DNA of 61,162 nt, from positions 1 to 61,162 of the forward strand of contig JAZDJQ010000011.1 in NCBI GenBank assembly GCA_043803765.1, in the 5' to 3' direction. The DNA is from Candidatus Iainarchaeum sp. Lineage in GTDB: Archaea; Iainarchaeota; Iainarchaeia; Iainarchaeales; VGJJ01. Under the pieces are notes generated by a model that saw only the letters and a program-made list of their open reading frames with translations, ran no database searches and was not told the DNA's origin. This document shows positions 10,124 through 20,675 of this stretch, piece after piece; position 1 is the first letter of the stretch, and the number at the start of each line of letters is the position of its first letter. The translations under genes and the position numbers were made by a program.

Positions 10124-10378
10124 ATGAAACTTTCTACATTTGATATTCGGAAGCGAATCTTGACAAAGTTAGTGCGGCATAGGATTTGGGGGGAGAAACA
10201 TACTGCCTATGACAACATTCCGCATGGTTTTCCTAAACATCTTTGGAAGGATGTTCGGAATGAGTTGAATCATCTAATTCATGAGGGGTTCATCCGGGAG
10301 AAACCAACGGGGCATGGGTTGCATGTATCCTTAAATGTGGAGAAGAAAACCCAAATCGAGGAAATAGTGTTAGGATAG
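10124..10378 (+). CDS. Small basic hypothetical protein, possible winged helix
   Basis: Clean ORF from ATG 10124, divergent from the wHTH gene; IWGEKHT and KPTGHGLHVSLN. Confidence 0.55.
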   Translation: MKLSTFDIRKRILTKLVRHRIWGEKHTAYDNIPHGFPKHLWKDVRNELNHLIHEGFIREKPTGHGLHVSLNVEKKTQIEEIVLG

Positions 10379-10415
10379 GGGGCATTTTTAAGTCCGTTTC
10401 TTTTTCACCAATGTC

Positions 10416-12143
10416 ATGTCCGAGTTCGTATTATTATTCAATCTTGGTTTCATGGTTATTGCGGCCGCCTTCTCCCTATTCATTGCCCGTGCCCTCAACC
10501 AGCCCGCCTTGTTAGGGTATTTGCTTGCCGGTGTAATTATTGGTCCATTTGGCCTGAATCTTCTTTCCGATCCAGGGGAAATCACCATTCTTTCAGAGTT
10601 GGGAATCATTTTCTTATTATTCACCGTGGGAGCGGAAACCGATTTTTTGAAATTTGTGAAAGCCGGTCCTACTATTTTACTGGGTGGTTTTTCACAAGTC
10701 CTCTTAACCATGCTCATTACCTTTTTCGTTCTCCCCAATCTTTCTTTTGAAGCAGCCATTTATGTGGGATTGGCATTGGCATTGTCTTCTACTATTTTGG
10801 TGGTGAAAATTCTCCAAGATAAGAAGACATTGCAATCATTGCACGGGCAAATCATGCTGGGCTTTCTTCTCGTGCAGGATTTAGCCATTGTAGTAGCGCT
10901 TCCTCTTCTTGCAGCGGGTAATGCCAGCTTGAATGTTGATTTTCTCCAATCCCTTGTGTTGAAGGGGATTCTCCTTGTGGCATTGGTGGCATTACTCTCC
11001 AAGAAAGTATTTCCCCTTATTTTCCGTTGGTCGGCACAGAATGCGGAACTATTGTATATTACCGCGCTTGCTACTTGTTTTGGTTTTATTGCATTAGCAT
11101 ATGCGTTGAACATCTCTCTTGCGATTGGGGCATTTCTTGCAGGATTGGCTATCGCCAAGCTTCCCTATAATGTGGAAGCGGTTTCTTCTATTCGGGGATT
11201 GCGTGATTTCTTCGTGATGCTCTTTTTTGTTTCGCTTGGAACCCAGCTTTCCTTTTCATTTGGGGCCGTTCCATTGCTCTTCATTGTGAGTACGATTCTC
11301 ATGGTGTTAGCATTCAAGCCTCTTGTTATCTACATTATTACTCAACTCGCAGGATACGGTTCTTCTACCTCGGTCAGGGTGAGTTTTGGTTTAACCCAAA
11401 TGTCAGAGTTTTCCCTCATTCTTTTGCTGCAGGGTCGTGTAACAGGAGTGATTCCGGAGAACATTTATTCATTTTTATTGCTGGTAGTAGCGGCATCCAT
11501 GGTGGTTACCCCTTACGTGATGGAAACCGGTCCATGGGTGCATGGGAAATTAAAGAAATGGTCGCGTGTAAAGATTTTTTCTCATTTCCCTATCTTTTCC
11601 CGCCGCATTGAGGCAATGCAGGACACCCCTTCCTTGCACATGCGGAATCATATCATTGTAATGGGAGGTGGTCGTTCGGGTAAATACTTGGCGATTGAGC
11701 TCTCACGAAAACACCCCGTCATAGTAGTGGATCACGATCCCAATATTGTGGCCTATTTCCGTGCCAAGGGACAGCATGCCATCTATGGGAATGCGCATAA
11801 CACAGAGATATTGGAAAAATTACACGCCGAGAAAGCAAAACTCCTCATATGTGCTCTCCCCGATGTGGATGAAACCATGTATGTGGTGAATTTTGTTAAA
11901 CATCACTTTCCACAATTGAAAATATTCGCAAAAGCCGAATACTATGAAGAAGCGCTCCGCCTATACCGTGCGGGGGTGGATTACGTCGTGTTAACCGAAA
12001 TAATCGGGGGTGCAGTATACTTGGAGCACGTTGAGTTTTTCCTTCGGCACAAAAAAGTAATGGAAAAACCCAACATGATTAAACTAAAAGCCAAAGCCTA
12101 CGAGGAAAGAGAAGCTACGCATGGCGTGAAGAATTTATTATAA
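10416..12143 (+). CDS. Kef-type cation:proton antiporter (CPA2) with TrkA-N/KTN domain
   Basis: GYLLAGVIIGP, LSST, QDL, QMSEFS; C-terminal GGGRSG Rossmann motif. Confidence 0.92.
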   Translation: MSEFVLLFNLGFMVIAAAFSLFIARALNQPALLGYLLAGVIIGPFGLNLLSDPGEITILSELGIIFLLFTVGAETDFLKFVKAGPTILLGGFSQVLLTMLITFFVLPNLSFEAAIYVGLALALSSTILVVKILQDKKTLQSLHGQIMLGFLLVQDLAIVVALPLLAAGNASLNVDFLQSLVLKGILLVALVALLSKKVFPLIFRWSAQNAELLYITALATCFGFIALAYALNISLAIGAFLAGLAIAKLPYNVEAVSSIRGLRDFFVMLFFVSLGTQLSFSFGAVPLLFIVSTILMVLAFKPLVIYIITQLAGYGSSTSVRVSFGLTQMSEFSLILLLQGRVTGVIPENIYSFLLLVVAASMVVTPYVMETGPWVHGKLKKWSRVKIFSHFPIFSRRIEAMQDTPSLHMRNHIIVMGGGRSGKYLAIELSRKHPVIVVDHDPNIVAYFRAKGQHAIYGNAHNTEILEKLHAEKAKLLICALPDVDETMYVVNFVKHHFPQLKIFAKAEYYEEALRLYRAGVDYVVLTEIIGGAVYLEHVEFFLRHKKVMEKPNMIKLKAKAYEEREATHGVKNLL

Positions 12144-12180
12144 AATAAAAAAAGAAAAAATAAGTTGAAATGAGCGTTTG

Positions 12181-13089
12181 TTACGCGCTCACTTCAATAT
12201 CCAATCGTTTCTTCAATTCCCTGTACCGGTTTCGGATGGTGACTTCCGTTACTCCGGCAACGTTGGCGACTTCTTTTTGTGTGCGTCGCTCGCCTTTCAG
12301 TAATCCCGCAATGTATACTGCGGCGGCCGCTACTCCGGTTGGTCCTCTTCCCGAAATCAATCCTTTTCCGATAGCGTCTTCGAGTATTTTTCTTCCTTCT
12401 TCCTGCACTTCACCTGAGAGATTTAACTCAGATGCAAAGCGCGGAATGTAATGAATTGGATTCGTGAGAGGAACTTCCAATTTTAACTCGCGTACGAGAA
12501 AGCGGTACGTTCTCCCAATTTCTTTCTTCGTTAATCCACTGGCCTCGGCCATTTCGTTGAGCGTGCGGGGAACCTGATAGGTTCTACATACGGTGTACAA
12601 GACGGCGGCTACCACTGCTTCAATTAGTCTCCCGCGAATGAGTCCCTTTTTCACGGTTTTACGATACAATAATGCCGCGGCTTCTACCAATTGTTCTGGA
12701 ATGTTCAAATAACTTGCAACTCTCCTTAATTCGGTTAATGCAATTGAAAGGTTGCGTTGCATACTCGATGAGATGCTTGCTCGTTTATGCCATTTGATTA
12801 ATCGGTACATTTGGGCTTTGCTTTTGCTTGAGAGTTTGTTTCCTCGTGAGTCTGCCCCGCGTCGATCAATAACCGTTACAAGTCCTTTATTCAGTTTCAC
12901 GTATTTCATTGGGCTTCCGGTACGTGCAACATCTTCAAATCCATCTGAATCGAATGAGCGCCATTCTTTTCCAAAATCCATTTCATCTTCGGATACAATG
13001 AGTCCGCACTGTTGGCAGACAATTTCTCCTTTCTCGGTATCCTTTTTCAGCTTGGTGCTTCCGCACTCTGGGCAAACGTTACCCGCCAT
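12181..13089 (-). CDS. tfb: Transcription initiation factor IIB
   Basis: CPECG..CQQCG zinc ribbon, EWRSF B-reader, two cyclin repeats, VTEVTIRNRYREL. Confidence 0.98.
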   Translation of the reverse strand: MAGNVCPECGSTKLKKDTEKGEIVCQQCGLIVSEDEMDFGKEWRSFDSDGFEDVARTGSPMKYVKLNKGLVTVIDRRGADSRGNKLSSKSKAQMYRLIKWHKRASISSSMQRNLSIALTELRRVASYLNIPEQLVEAAALLYRKTVKKGLIRGRLIEAVVAAVLYTVCRTYQVPRTLNEMAEASGLTKKEIGRTYRFLVRELKLEVPLTNPIHYIPRFASELNLSGEVQEEGRKILEDAIGKGLISGRGPTGVAAAAVYIAGLLKGERRTQKEVANVAGVTEVTIRNRYRELKKRLDIEVSA

Positions 13090-13203
13090 GGTTGTACCAC
13101 CTTCTCCTCGATATACCCCTCAGGAGCAGCAACAATAGGGGGTGTTGTTTCCCCGTCAAAAAATAATCGCTACCCGGAGAGGAATGATATACTATTCCTT
13201 GTT

Positions 13204-13225
13204 GAAGTTATATAAATACTTGCTG
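13204..13225 (-). promoter_or_regulatory. BRE/TATA promoter of tfb, implying a leader of about 100 nt
   Basis: GCAAGTATTTATATAA on the minus strand; GAAGGTGG RBS before the ATG. Confidence 0.5.
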
Positions 13226-13437
13226 GTTTTGTTTATAAAGAAAAGATAGGGTGGTTATTATTTCTTTTGGGAATGAAAGCGTTGCCTATAAAGTGGATAA
13301 AAAAAATAATTAAATGTGGTATTGGGCGCAATACTCTATTTTTAGTTCTTTTTTTCATACTTTTCGGGCAGACGCCACTTGTCGGGCAAGGTTCAGCCGG
13401 ACGGAAGATATATATACAAAATTGGATTATTCCGAGT

Positions 13438-13947
13438 ATGGTCAGGAAAGTCGTTAAACGGGTTGTTGAACGTTTCCGTCGTCCGCGGTTCTCGGGTGAT
13501 TTGCCGCGTGGGGGAGGGGTGCAAGATGGGATCCGTGATGTATTATTGATAGAACGGAGAATTCGTGCGAAGGGAGTGAAGCGAATGGCGAAGATTGCGG
13601 CACCTCTCAGTTTTGGGGCTTTCGCCTTGTCGACTTTCATTTCTAATCCTTCATTTAGGGAGGGGTTAGCTCGAGTGGTTGCAGTTTCTTTGGGTTTGAC
13701 TGGATATGGTGCCGTATTACCTTATTCTTTTGGTTCTTCTTTTGTTCGCAAGGCGACTCAAGAAGTAGGGAAGCGTTTGGGGCAGGAATCCATGCATAAT
13801 ACTGAATTGAAGGCTTTTTTGGGAAAATACAAATATGTTTATGTGGATCGTAAAGGTCGTATTGCGGGCACGAACATGCCTCGGTTAATTCCGGGTGTTG
13901 GAAGGATTCGATTACAATCCAATAAAATTTTGGCTGGAGCCTATTGA
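13438..13947 (+). CDS. Basic orphan protein with two hydrophobic segments
   Basis: ATG about 25 nt after GAAGATATATATA; MVRKVVKRVVERFRRPR N-terminus. Confidence 0.55.
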   Translation: MVRKVVKRVVERFRRPRFSGDLPRGGGVQDGIRDVLLIERRIRAKGVKRMAKIAAPLSFGAFALSTFISNPSFREGLARVVAVSLGLTGYGAVLPYSFGSSFVRKATQEVGKRLGQESMHNTELKAFLGKYKYVYVDRKGRIAGTNMPRLIPGVGRIRLQSNKILAGAY

Positions 13948-14053
13948 TCTTCGGACGTTTTTTTTGTGGTACGACCATTGATTTCGTTTTATGGGCAACG
14001 CCGAGAATGAATAATACAATAACTTCCCTAACTCTGGCAAAAACGACTTTACC

Positions 14054-14869
14054 CTAAAGGGAATGAGCGGGCTTTTTTGCAATGAAGAAGAAGTCCCATG
14101 AATTATTGATGTATTCTTCCTTCTGCGCATATTTGATTTGCAGTTCTAAATACTTTTTTCTTTTCTTTGGGTCGCTCAACCATTCAGGATTAGCATACTT
14201 GCCTAACAAATTAAAGATTCCTAAAACGTGTATCATTTCAAACCCCGCTTCACTGAAATCACTTTTCAATTCTTCTAATGTGAATTCATGAGTGTGATGC
14301 CCTGTTTTCGCTTCGCCCCAACGGATATACCTATCTCCCGTTCTAGCAACCCTTTCAAATTCTTCAATACTGCCCTCTTTTAGTTCGTGCATTGTAGAAT
14401 AGATAAATCGGTTATTTACATTTCCTATTAATACTCCATTCGGTTTTAGGATTCTAAAAATTTCTTTTAGTGCCTGTTTGTGATTCCCGCAATAATCAAG
14501 AATAGCATTCATTACTAAAACAACATCAAACGAATTGTTTTTCTGGTTTCTCATATCAATTATAGATTCTTTCAGGAATGTAATATTTTGTAATTTATTT
14601 TTAGTGGCAATTCTTCTCGCTTCACTCAACATTCCTTCTGATATATCGGTTAAAACGATTTCATTGCCATTTTTAGCTAGGGGAAAAGAAAATCTACCAA
14701 CTCCTCCTCCTGCATCCATTATTTTGAGTTTAGTTTTCTTCGGCAGGAATTTCAATAGAAAGTATTCCAATATTTCATCACAGACTCTTTTTGAATGCTC
14801 CACTTCATATTTTGTTGATAGTTGGTCATAAAATACTTCAACTTCTTTTTCTTTGTTCAGATTTTTCAT
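14054..14869 (-). CDS. Class I SAM-dependent methyltransferase
   Basis: MDAGGGVG, TDISEGML, SFDVV, RILKPNG; visibly AT-rich. Confidence 0.9.
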   Translation of the reverse strand: MKNLNKEKEVEVFYDQLSTKYEVEHSKRVCDEILEYFLLKFLPKKTKLKIMDAGGGVGRFSFPLAKNGNEIVLTDISEGMLSEARRIATKNKLQNITFLKESIIDMRNQKNNSFDVVLVMNAILDYCGNHKQALKEIFRILKPNGVLIGNVNNRFIYSTMHELKEGSIEEFERVARTGDRYIRWGEAKTGHHTHEFTLEELKSDFSEAGFEMIHVLGIFNLLGKYANPEWLSDPKKRKKYLELQIKYAQKEEYINNSWDFFFIAKKPAHSL

Positions 14870-14895
14870 AAAGATGACCAATAGTAAATGACAAT

Positions 14896-14992
14896 ATATA
14901 GCAAACCGTTTTAATTTTTGAACTTTTGTCGGACGGTTTGCTATATGCAAAAAGCCCGTTAATTGTTCAAATACTTGGGCTTTTTGCTATAA
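14896..14992 (-). repeat. Double-hairpin palindromic element, copy 1
   Basis: ATATAGCAAACCGT/ACGGTTTGCTATAT (14 bp) and GCAAAAAGCCC/GGGCTTTTTGC (11 bp) stems; homologous to 22714 and 36689. Confidence 0.9.
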
Positions 14993-15065
14993 TAGTATTG
15001 AACGACTGTTTTTATCCACTTCAATTTGGGCAGTTTTCTTTTTTTTCTATATCGAATTTCTAAAG

Positions 15066-15566
15066 TTATATTTCTTCGGCTCCGCCTTGGCCGGGGCAGA
15101 TGATTGAGAATTCTCCATTTGTTTCTTGGAAGTATATTCGCACTTTTTTATCGGAGTGAAAAACGGGCTGGTCTTCCACTGAAAGGCATTTTTCTTCGAT
15201 ACATCCCCCGAGTGTTTTGATTTGAATTTTGTCTCCTGTTAATGGTGTTCCTTTGATGTATTGGTCAACGGTTAATTCGCTGTAGGTAAAAATGACATTT
15301 CCTGTTAAGTCGCTGTAAGTAAAATTGATATTTTCTTCTTTGCTTTCCACTTTTCCAATAGTTCCTTCGAGTATGTAATCCGCCGTGTTAGTTAGGTACG
15401 CTGCGTCAGCGCATTCGGGTTCAAATACTCCCATTCCTCCAGATTGTTCTATTATGATTGTGTTTTCTTGGGGTAGTGCAGCGGGTTCGTTGAACACAAA
15501 AAGACCTACTCCCACCCCGATTATTGCAATTACGAGTATTCCGTAAAATAGTTTTTCGTTTGCCAT
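15066..15566 (-). CDS. Membrane-anchored exported hypothetical protein
   Basis: N-terminal TM helix; ADYILEGTI...TYSELTV...KTLGG pattern. Confidence 0.6.
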   Translation of the reverse strand: MANEKLFYGILVIAIIGVGVGLFVFNEPAALPQENTIIIEQSGGMGVFEPECADAAYLTNTADYILEGTIGKVESKEENINFTYSDLTGNVIFTYSELTVDQYIKGTPLTGDKIQIKTLGGCIEEKCLSVEDQPVFHSDKKVRIYFQETNGEFSIICPGQGGAEEI

Positions 15567-15717
15567 GCATTCAATTTGTTGGTTTAGTTTAAAATTCTGC
15601 TTTTTTTGTTTGGGGGAAGCAACAGTAGTAAGGGTTGCCAGCATTCCCTGCCCGTTAGGTTCCCCTATTTGTTATTTTCCCTATTTGTTATCATTCTTTT
15701 AGGGAATTTTTTTTCTT

Positions 15718-16227
15718 TTAATTCGATGCGGTTGTCGCCACAATCTTTGTTTTCTTTTTTGTGCCAGTGTGTCCTGCTTTTCCTGTGCGGGCGGTTTTTT
15801 TCTCTTGTTCTGGTTTCTTGACGAGGATGGCGTTTACTTGTCCGTGTTGTCCCGGTCGATTTGTGACGCGGGCGTATATTTTTTCCCCGTCTTTTTCTAC
15901 TTCAATTAGTGTTCCTTTCGTAATAATGTTTCGTCTCACATAGAGTCGATTCGCATTGTTTTCATGTACCCAGACAATTTTCATTTTTTTTGTCTCTCCG
16001 GTTTCATGATTGGTTACATTGGCATTCAGGGCTTTTCGTAGTTTTACTTTATGCACGAACCCTCGTCCCTTGGTGATTTTGGTTTCTTCCGTTTCTGAGA
16101 GGGTGGTTTCGGCGAATTCGCCTCCTTTTTGGCTCAAATACTTGGTGGCCCTGTTTTTTGTGTTGCGTATTCCGCCGCTAATTTTGCGTAGGCTTTTTTC
16201 ATGCCATTGAGTCATCGTGTTATCCAT
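15718..16227 (-). CDS. rps8e: 30S ribosomal protein S8e with basic C-terminal extension
   Basis: WHEKSLRKISGG, RRNIITKGTLI, ARVTNRPGQHGQVNAIL. Confidence 0.95.
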   Translation of the reverse strand: MDNTMTQWHEKSLRKISGGIRNTKNRATKYLSQKGGEFAETTLSETEETKITKGRGFVHKVKLRKALNANVTNHETGETKKMKIVWVHENNANRLYVRRNIITKGTLIEVEKDGEKIYARVTNRPGQHGQVNAILVKKPEQEKKTARTGKAGHTGTKKKTKIVATTASN

Positions 16228-16259
16228 CCTCGGGGTTAATATTTCAAATCGTTGTCAGG

Positions 16260-16781
16260 ATGGGTATGAAACCTTTTTTGGCTTCTTTTACATCCCCTCA
16301 ACGAGGCATTCTTTGGAATGTTTTTGTTCTTCCTGGAATGCGTTCGGAAGAAAGCGACTTGGACACCCTTAAAAAGATATCTTCTTCTCTTCCCGGTTTT
16401 GGCCAAGTATTCCCTCTTTCGCGTATTTCTTCTTTTGAGCATCTTGCGTGGGCGGCCTATTCCACCATTGCTGCAGGGGAGGGGGGATTTGCTCATTATG
16501 CACAACCTTCTCTTGAATTTCTTTGTCGTGTGGCGGGTAATTCTCAATGGCAAATGGCGCGTAATCATATTGGTCTTTCTTCTTCGGATAGTGAAGTAGT
16601 ACTCGTTTGGATATCGGATGATCCTTCATTTACTTCGATGAATTTTCTTTCTTTATCTAAGAAATGGGGTCTCGTTCCAAAGAAAATGGAATGGGGGAAA
16701 TCCATTCGTCTTCCTTTGGATTGGTGTTATTCCATTAGTGAATGGGGTATGGAGCAATCGGCTCTTACGGACGGAAGGTAA
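16260..16781 (+). CDS. cgi121: KEOPS complex subunit Cgi121 (divergent)
   Basis: SFEHLAWAA...SLEFLCRVAGNSQWQMA...IGL pattern. Confidence 0.6.
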   Translation: MGMKPFLASFTSPQRGILWNVFVLPGMRSEESDLDTLKKISSSLPGFGQVFPLSRISSFEHLAWAAYSTIAAGEGGFAHYAQPSLEFLCRVAGNSQWQMARNHIGLSSSDSEVVLVWISDDPSFTSMNFLSLSKKWGLVPKKMEWGKSIRLPLDWCYSISEWGMEQSALTDGR

Positions 16782-16786
16782 TAGGT

Positions 16787-18202
16787 ATGCCTGAAAAAAA
16801 TTATTCTTTTTCTGTTCTGCTTCTTCTTTTGTTTTTAGTTGCAATTGGAGTGCGTGCCGTTCCTCTTTTGTATGATGGTTCCTTCGACCCCGATTCTCAT
16901 TTTCATGCTCGTTTGAGTAATGATATTGCGCGTACGCAATCCATTCCGGTGTGGGATTCGCTCTCGTTGCAGGGAAGGATATATTCGTATCCTCCTCTTT
17001 TGCATGTGCTGGTTGGTTTTTTTTCTCGTGTGAGTGGTTTTGATTCGTTGCTTGTGTTAAAAATAATTGGTCTTTTGGTGGGTGGATTGTTGGGTGTGAG
17101 CGTATTCCTTTTAGGTCGTTCTCTTGGTCAATCCGATGGAATTGCACTCTGGTCTGGTTTTTTTGCAAGTGTTTCATCTATTGCGGTTTGGCGCACGAGT
17201 GGTTTTACTCGTCCGGATGGGATTGCATTAGTCCTTATTTCTTTTCTCTTGTATCTTTGGCTCACGCGTCGTAATATGTTGGCATTCATTCTGAGTATTG
17301 CACTCGTGTTGCTTCATCCTCTTTCTGCTGTGATTTATGCTCTCTTGTTGAGCGTGTATTTTCTTCTTTCTTTTATTCAAAAATATCGTGTTTCGTTTTG
17401 GGTTCTTTTTGCATTGGGAGGAATGCTTCTCATGTTTTTTTGGTGGGTGTATTCAATCGGCCTTCCTCTTTCTTCGTATGCATCGGACCTTTCTCTTTCT
17501 GCTTCGGAATTGACCCGTTTTTGGTTATTGGGTTTTGTTGTTTTTTTTCCTCTCTCGTGGGCATTTACTACTATCGGAATAGTGCGGGGAAAAATTCCCA
17601 TTATTTTGGGCGGATGGGTGATACTTTCCGTTGTTATTGGTTCATTTGGAATGCGTCTTGCCACGTATATGATTCCTTTTCTTGCTCTTTTAGGCGGATT
17701 AGGCATACATTATCTTCTTTCTCGTTTTCATATGCGAAAAATATTCGTTCCGGCACTTGCTTTTTTTATTATTATTTTGGGTTGTTTTACTTTTTACTCG
17801 CTTATGAGCGGGGAAGGGCCCTATCTTAATCAGTCGGAGCGTAATGCTCTTTCTTTTTTGAGAGAATATGCTTCTCCTGATGATTCGGTTCTCACGGTTT
17901 GGGATCAGGGGCATGTGGTTGCTTACTATACTCATCTGCCTGTTGTGATTGACGGTTATTTTGAGTTTGCTCATGAGTTGAAAGAACGAGATAGTGTTTC
18001 GTGGAATGTTTTGTATTCTTCTCGTTGTCCTGTTTGGAGTGAAAACATGGATCGTTTTAATGCGCGGTTTTATTACATTTCAAAGGATGAAATGGCAACT
18101 CCTGTTGCTCGTCTTGGGTTGCTTTCGTTGGATGCGTGCCCGGATATGCGTCTTGTATATAGTGCGGATTCTGTTCGTATTTATGAGCGTGTGGTTGTTT
18201 AG
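16787..18202 (+). CDS. Short STT3/AglB-like GT-C membrane glycosyltransferase
   Basis: FDPDSHFHAR, YPP, RTSGFTRPD, VWDQGH (WWDYG-like); many TM helices. Confidence 0.7.
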   Translation: MPEKNYSFSVLLLLLFLVAIGVRAVPLLYDGSFDPDSHFHARLSNDIARTQSIPVWDSLSLQGRIYSYPPLLHVLVGFFSRVSGFDSLLVLKIIGLLVGGLLGVSVFLLGRSLGQSDGIALWSGFFASVSSIAVWRTSGFTRPDGIALVLISFLLYLWLTRRNMLAFILSIALVLLHPLSAVIYALLLSVYFLLSFIQKYRVSFWVLFALGGMLLMFFWWVYSIGLPLSSYASDLSLSASELTRFWLLGFVVFFPLSWAFTTIGIVRGKIPIILGGWVILSVVIGSFGMRLATYMIPFLALLGGLGIHYLLSRFHMRKIFVPALAFFIIILGCFTFYSLMSGEGPYLNQSERNALSFLREYASPDDSVLTVWDQGHVVAYYTHLPVVIDGYFEFAHELKERDSVSWNVLYSSRCPVWSENMDRFNARFYYISKDEMATPVARLGLLSLDACPDMRLVYSADSVRIYERVVV

Positions 18203-18263
18203 TAGCCCCTTGTTAAGAATCGTGCTTGCGTTAGTGTGTGTTTCAGCCCGCTCTTGTTTGGGA

Positions 18264-20675
18264 TTAATCCATTGGAACGTGTGATTCTTCGTCTTGAAGT
18301 AAAGAAGATTCGTTTTCTTTTTTTTCTGGAATGTTTTCTTTTTCGTTTTGTGTTGTTTCTTTTTTTCTTTTTCGTTCGTTTGATTCGTATTTTTGTGTGA
18401 GTACATTCACGATGTTTTTTGCTTTTTTTGGACCAATTTTTTCTACTTTAATCAGGTCTTTTTCTTCCGCATTTATTATTGCTTGAATATTTCCAAAATG
18501 TTCTAATAATGCGTGGGCTGCTGTTGGTCCGATATTCGGGAGTCCTTCTACGATGAAGCGCTGTTGTTCATTTAGTGATAGCCCTTTTCTTCCTAATCGT
18601 ATGCGAATGTCCGATTCCTTGTTTTCTTGTTCTTTTTTGGCAATTTGGTGAATAAACTTTGCGGTATCTTGTGCGTCTTGTGTGAATAGTATTGGGATGC
18701 GGTAGGTTAATGCAATCGTTGTGAGTGTTCCAATGACTGCGTTTTCATGAATGTTTCGTTTGGTGAATAATTCCTCTGGTTTTCCTTCGAGAAAGAGTAA
18801 TGGTTTGGCGTATGCTTGGCTCATGCTGAGCAATTGTCCTAAGAGTCTTCCATCAATCAGGCTTTGGAGAAAATCCTCTATTGTTTTGCGTTCAATCACC
18901 ACGTTTTCTCCTACAACGAAATCTCCTACTTCTAATTGTTTTACGTGCATGCGTAAATCAGGATAGAATGATAATTCTCTCATTACCGATGAAGCTTGTT
19001 CTCGGGTATCGGCAAAGATGAAGAATTTTTCTTTTTCTCCATCAAAAAGGGATAGTTTTGCTTGTCCTTTTTCACTTTGTGGAATAGGTCTTTGTTTGGG
19101 TTTCCATTCACTTGTTATACGAGTGGACAATCTTCGTAGTGTTTCGTGCATTGTTTTCTCTTTTCTTCTGGAAGACCAATACATGGCTTCGTCCATTGTT
19201 TTTTCTGCCATGAGAATGATGACTTTTCCCGCGCTTTTTCTTCCTGTTCTTCCTCTTCGTTGAATGAGGCGGATTTCGCTTGGAACGGGTTCGTAAAAAA
19301 CAACCAAGTCAACGGATGGAATATCGAGTCCTTCTTCTGCCACGGATGATGCAATAAGAGTATTGAATTCTCCTTTTTTGAATGCCTCTAATCTTTTGAT
19401 TTGTTCTTTTTGGCTTAATCCTTTATCCTTTTCTGATTTGGTTGCTTGTCCAATGAATCGTGCGGCTCGAATGGATGGGTTTTGATTTAGTATTTCCGTT
19501 ACATGCGTTGCCGAATCACGATAATGATTGAAAACTAATACACGTGAATCAGGAAATGTGGAAAATTGGGTGGAAAGAATGCGTGTTAACTCTCCCATTT
19601 TGGGGTGTTCTCCATTGTTCTCTGCTAACGCCCTTGTTTTTTTCATTGCCTCCACGATCTCAGGATGCCCGGATATGAATCGTGTGGCTTTAGAAGTAGT
19701 TGCGAGTCCGCTTTCCTTCACCATCTTGTTCAAGTAGTCCAATAATGCATGCACGCCCTGACTCTCTAAGAGTGTAATTCCGTGGGATACTTTCATGATG
19801 GCCGCTGCGCGGGATACGGCGGAATACAAATAGGGTTTTTGTTTTCCTTCATTCAGCATGTCCTGTCTTAGTTTTTCTTGTAATGCGAGTAAGTCTTGTC
19901 TTCGCAGGTAGGATGCATGCAGTTGTCTCCCATACCCTATTTTTTTGAAGAAATTGATTTGTTCCTCCATGAATGATTGGAAATGTTTCTTGATTGCGTG
20001 ATATTCCGGTGAAAGCGTGACTTTTTTCCACTCTACTTTTATGTCATTCATGTAGGGTTTGACATCGGCATCTTCGAGTGTTTTCACATAAATGTTTTGG
20101 ATGAATAAATTTCGGCAAATGTCATGAATATCTTCTTCATTCGAACCGGGGGAAGCAGTTAATGCAAGGATGCATTTTGTTGAGGCGTGGGATTGCATGT
20201 ATTTCTGCGCTAAAAATACATAACTGTATTCTTTTACTGCGCGGTGTGCCTCATCAAAAACAACCAATTGTACTTCATTCAGATCTAATTTTCCCGTTAA
20301 CACATCATTCTCAATCGTTTGAGGTGTTGCCGTAATAATAGTAGAATGGTCCCATATTTCTCTTCTTTTTTCAGGTGGAAGCGTTCCCGTTAACACGGCG
20401 ATGGATTCAGGATGGAGTGTAAGAAATTCCCTCATTCTTTCTTGGTGTTGTACGGCTAATGGTTTAGTAGGGGCAAGGAAAAGAATTTTTTTGTCAGGGT
20501 GGTGCTGGAGCATTCGTGCACATAATAGAACGCCCATCACGGTTTTTCCTAATGCGGTTGGCGCTACAACAAGCGTGTTTCCTTTTTCTTCTACTTGTGC
20601 TACTACCACCTCTTGGTAGAGACGCCGCTCTACTTTGTTTGGCGTGATAAGAGGGTGGGTTACATAGGTAGGCAT
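18264..20675 (-). CDS. hef: Hef (FANCM-like) DEAH helicase fused to ERCC4 nuclease and HhH
   Basis: APTALGKT, DEAH, TAS, QRRGRTGR, GDF..ERK, GLPNIG. Confidence 0.96.
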   Translation of the reverse strand: MPTYVTHPLITPNKVERRLYQEVVVAQVEEKGNTLVVAPTALGKTVMGVLLCARMLQHHPDKKILFLAPTKPLAVQHQERMREFLTLHPESIAVLTGTLPPEKRREIWDHSTIITATPQTIENDVLTGKLDLNEVQLVVFDEAHRAVKEYSYVFLAQKYMQSHASTKCILALTASPGSNEEDIHDICRNLFIQNIYVKTLEDADVKPYMNDIKVEWKKVTLSPEYHAIKKHFQSFMEEQINFFKKIGYGRQLHASYLRRQDLLALQEKLRQDMLNEGKQKPYLYSAVSRAAAIMKVSHGITLLESQGVHALLDYLNKMVKESGLATTSKATRFISGHPEIVEAMKKTRALAENNGEHPKMGELTRILSTQFSTFPDSRVLVFNHYRDSATHVTEILNQNPSIRAARFIGQATKSEKDKGLSQKEQIKRLEAFKKGEFNTLIASSVAEEGLDIPSVDLVVFYEPVPSEIRLIQRRGRTGRKSAGKVIILMAEKTMDEAMYWSSRRKEKTMHETLRRLSTRITSEWKPKQRPIPQSEKGQAKLSLFDGEKEKFFIFADTREQASSVMRELSFYPDLRMHVKQLEVGDFVVGENVVIERKTIEDFLQSLIDGRLLGQLLSMSQAYAKPLLFLEGKPEELFTKRNIHENAVIGTLTTIALTYRIPILFTQDAQDTAKFIHQIAKKEQENKESDIRIRLGRKGLSLNEQQRFIVEGLPNIGPTAAHALLEHFGNIQAIINAEEKDLIKVEKIGPKKAKNIVNVLTQKYESNERKRKKETTQNEKENIPEKKENESSLLQDEESHVPMD

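Noticed and set aside
15663-15691. Tandem CCCTATTTGTTAT twice
   Set aside because: Only two copies in a low-complexity spacer; no function is supportable.
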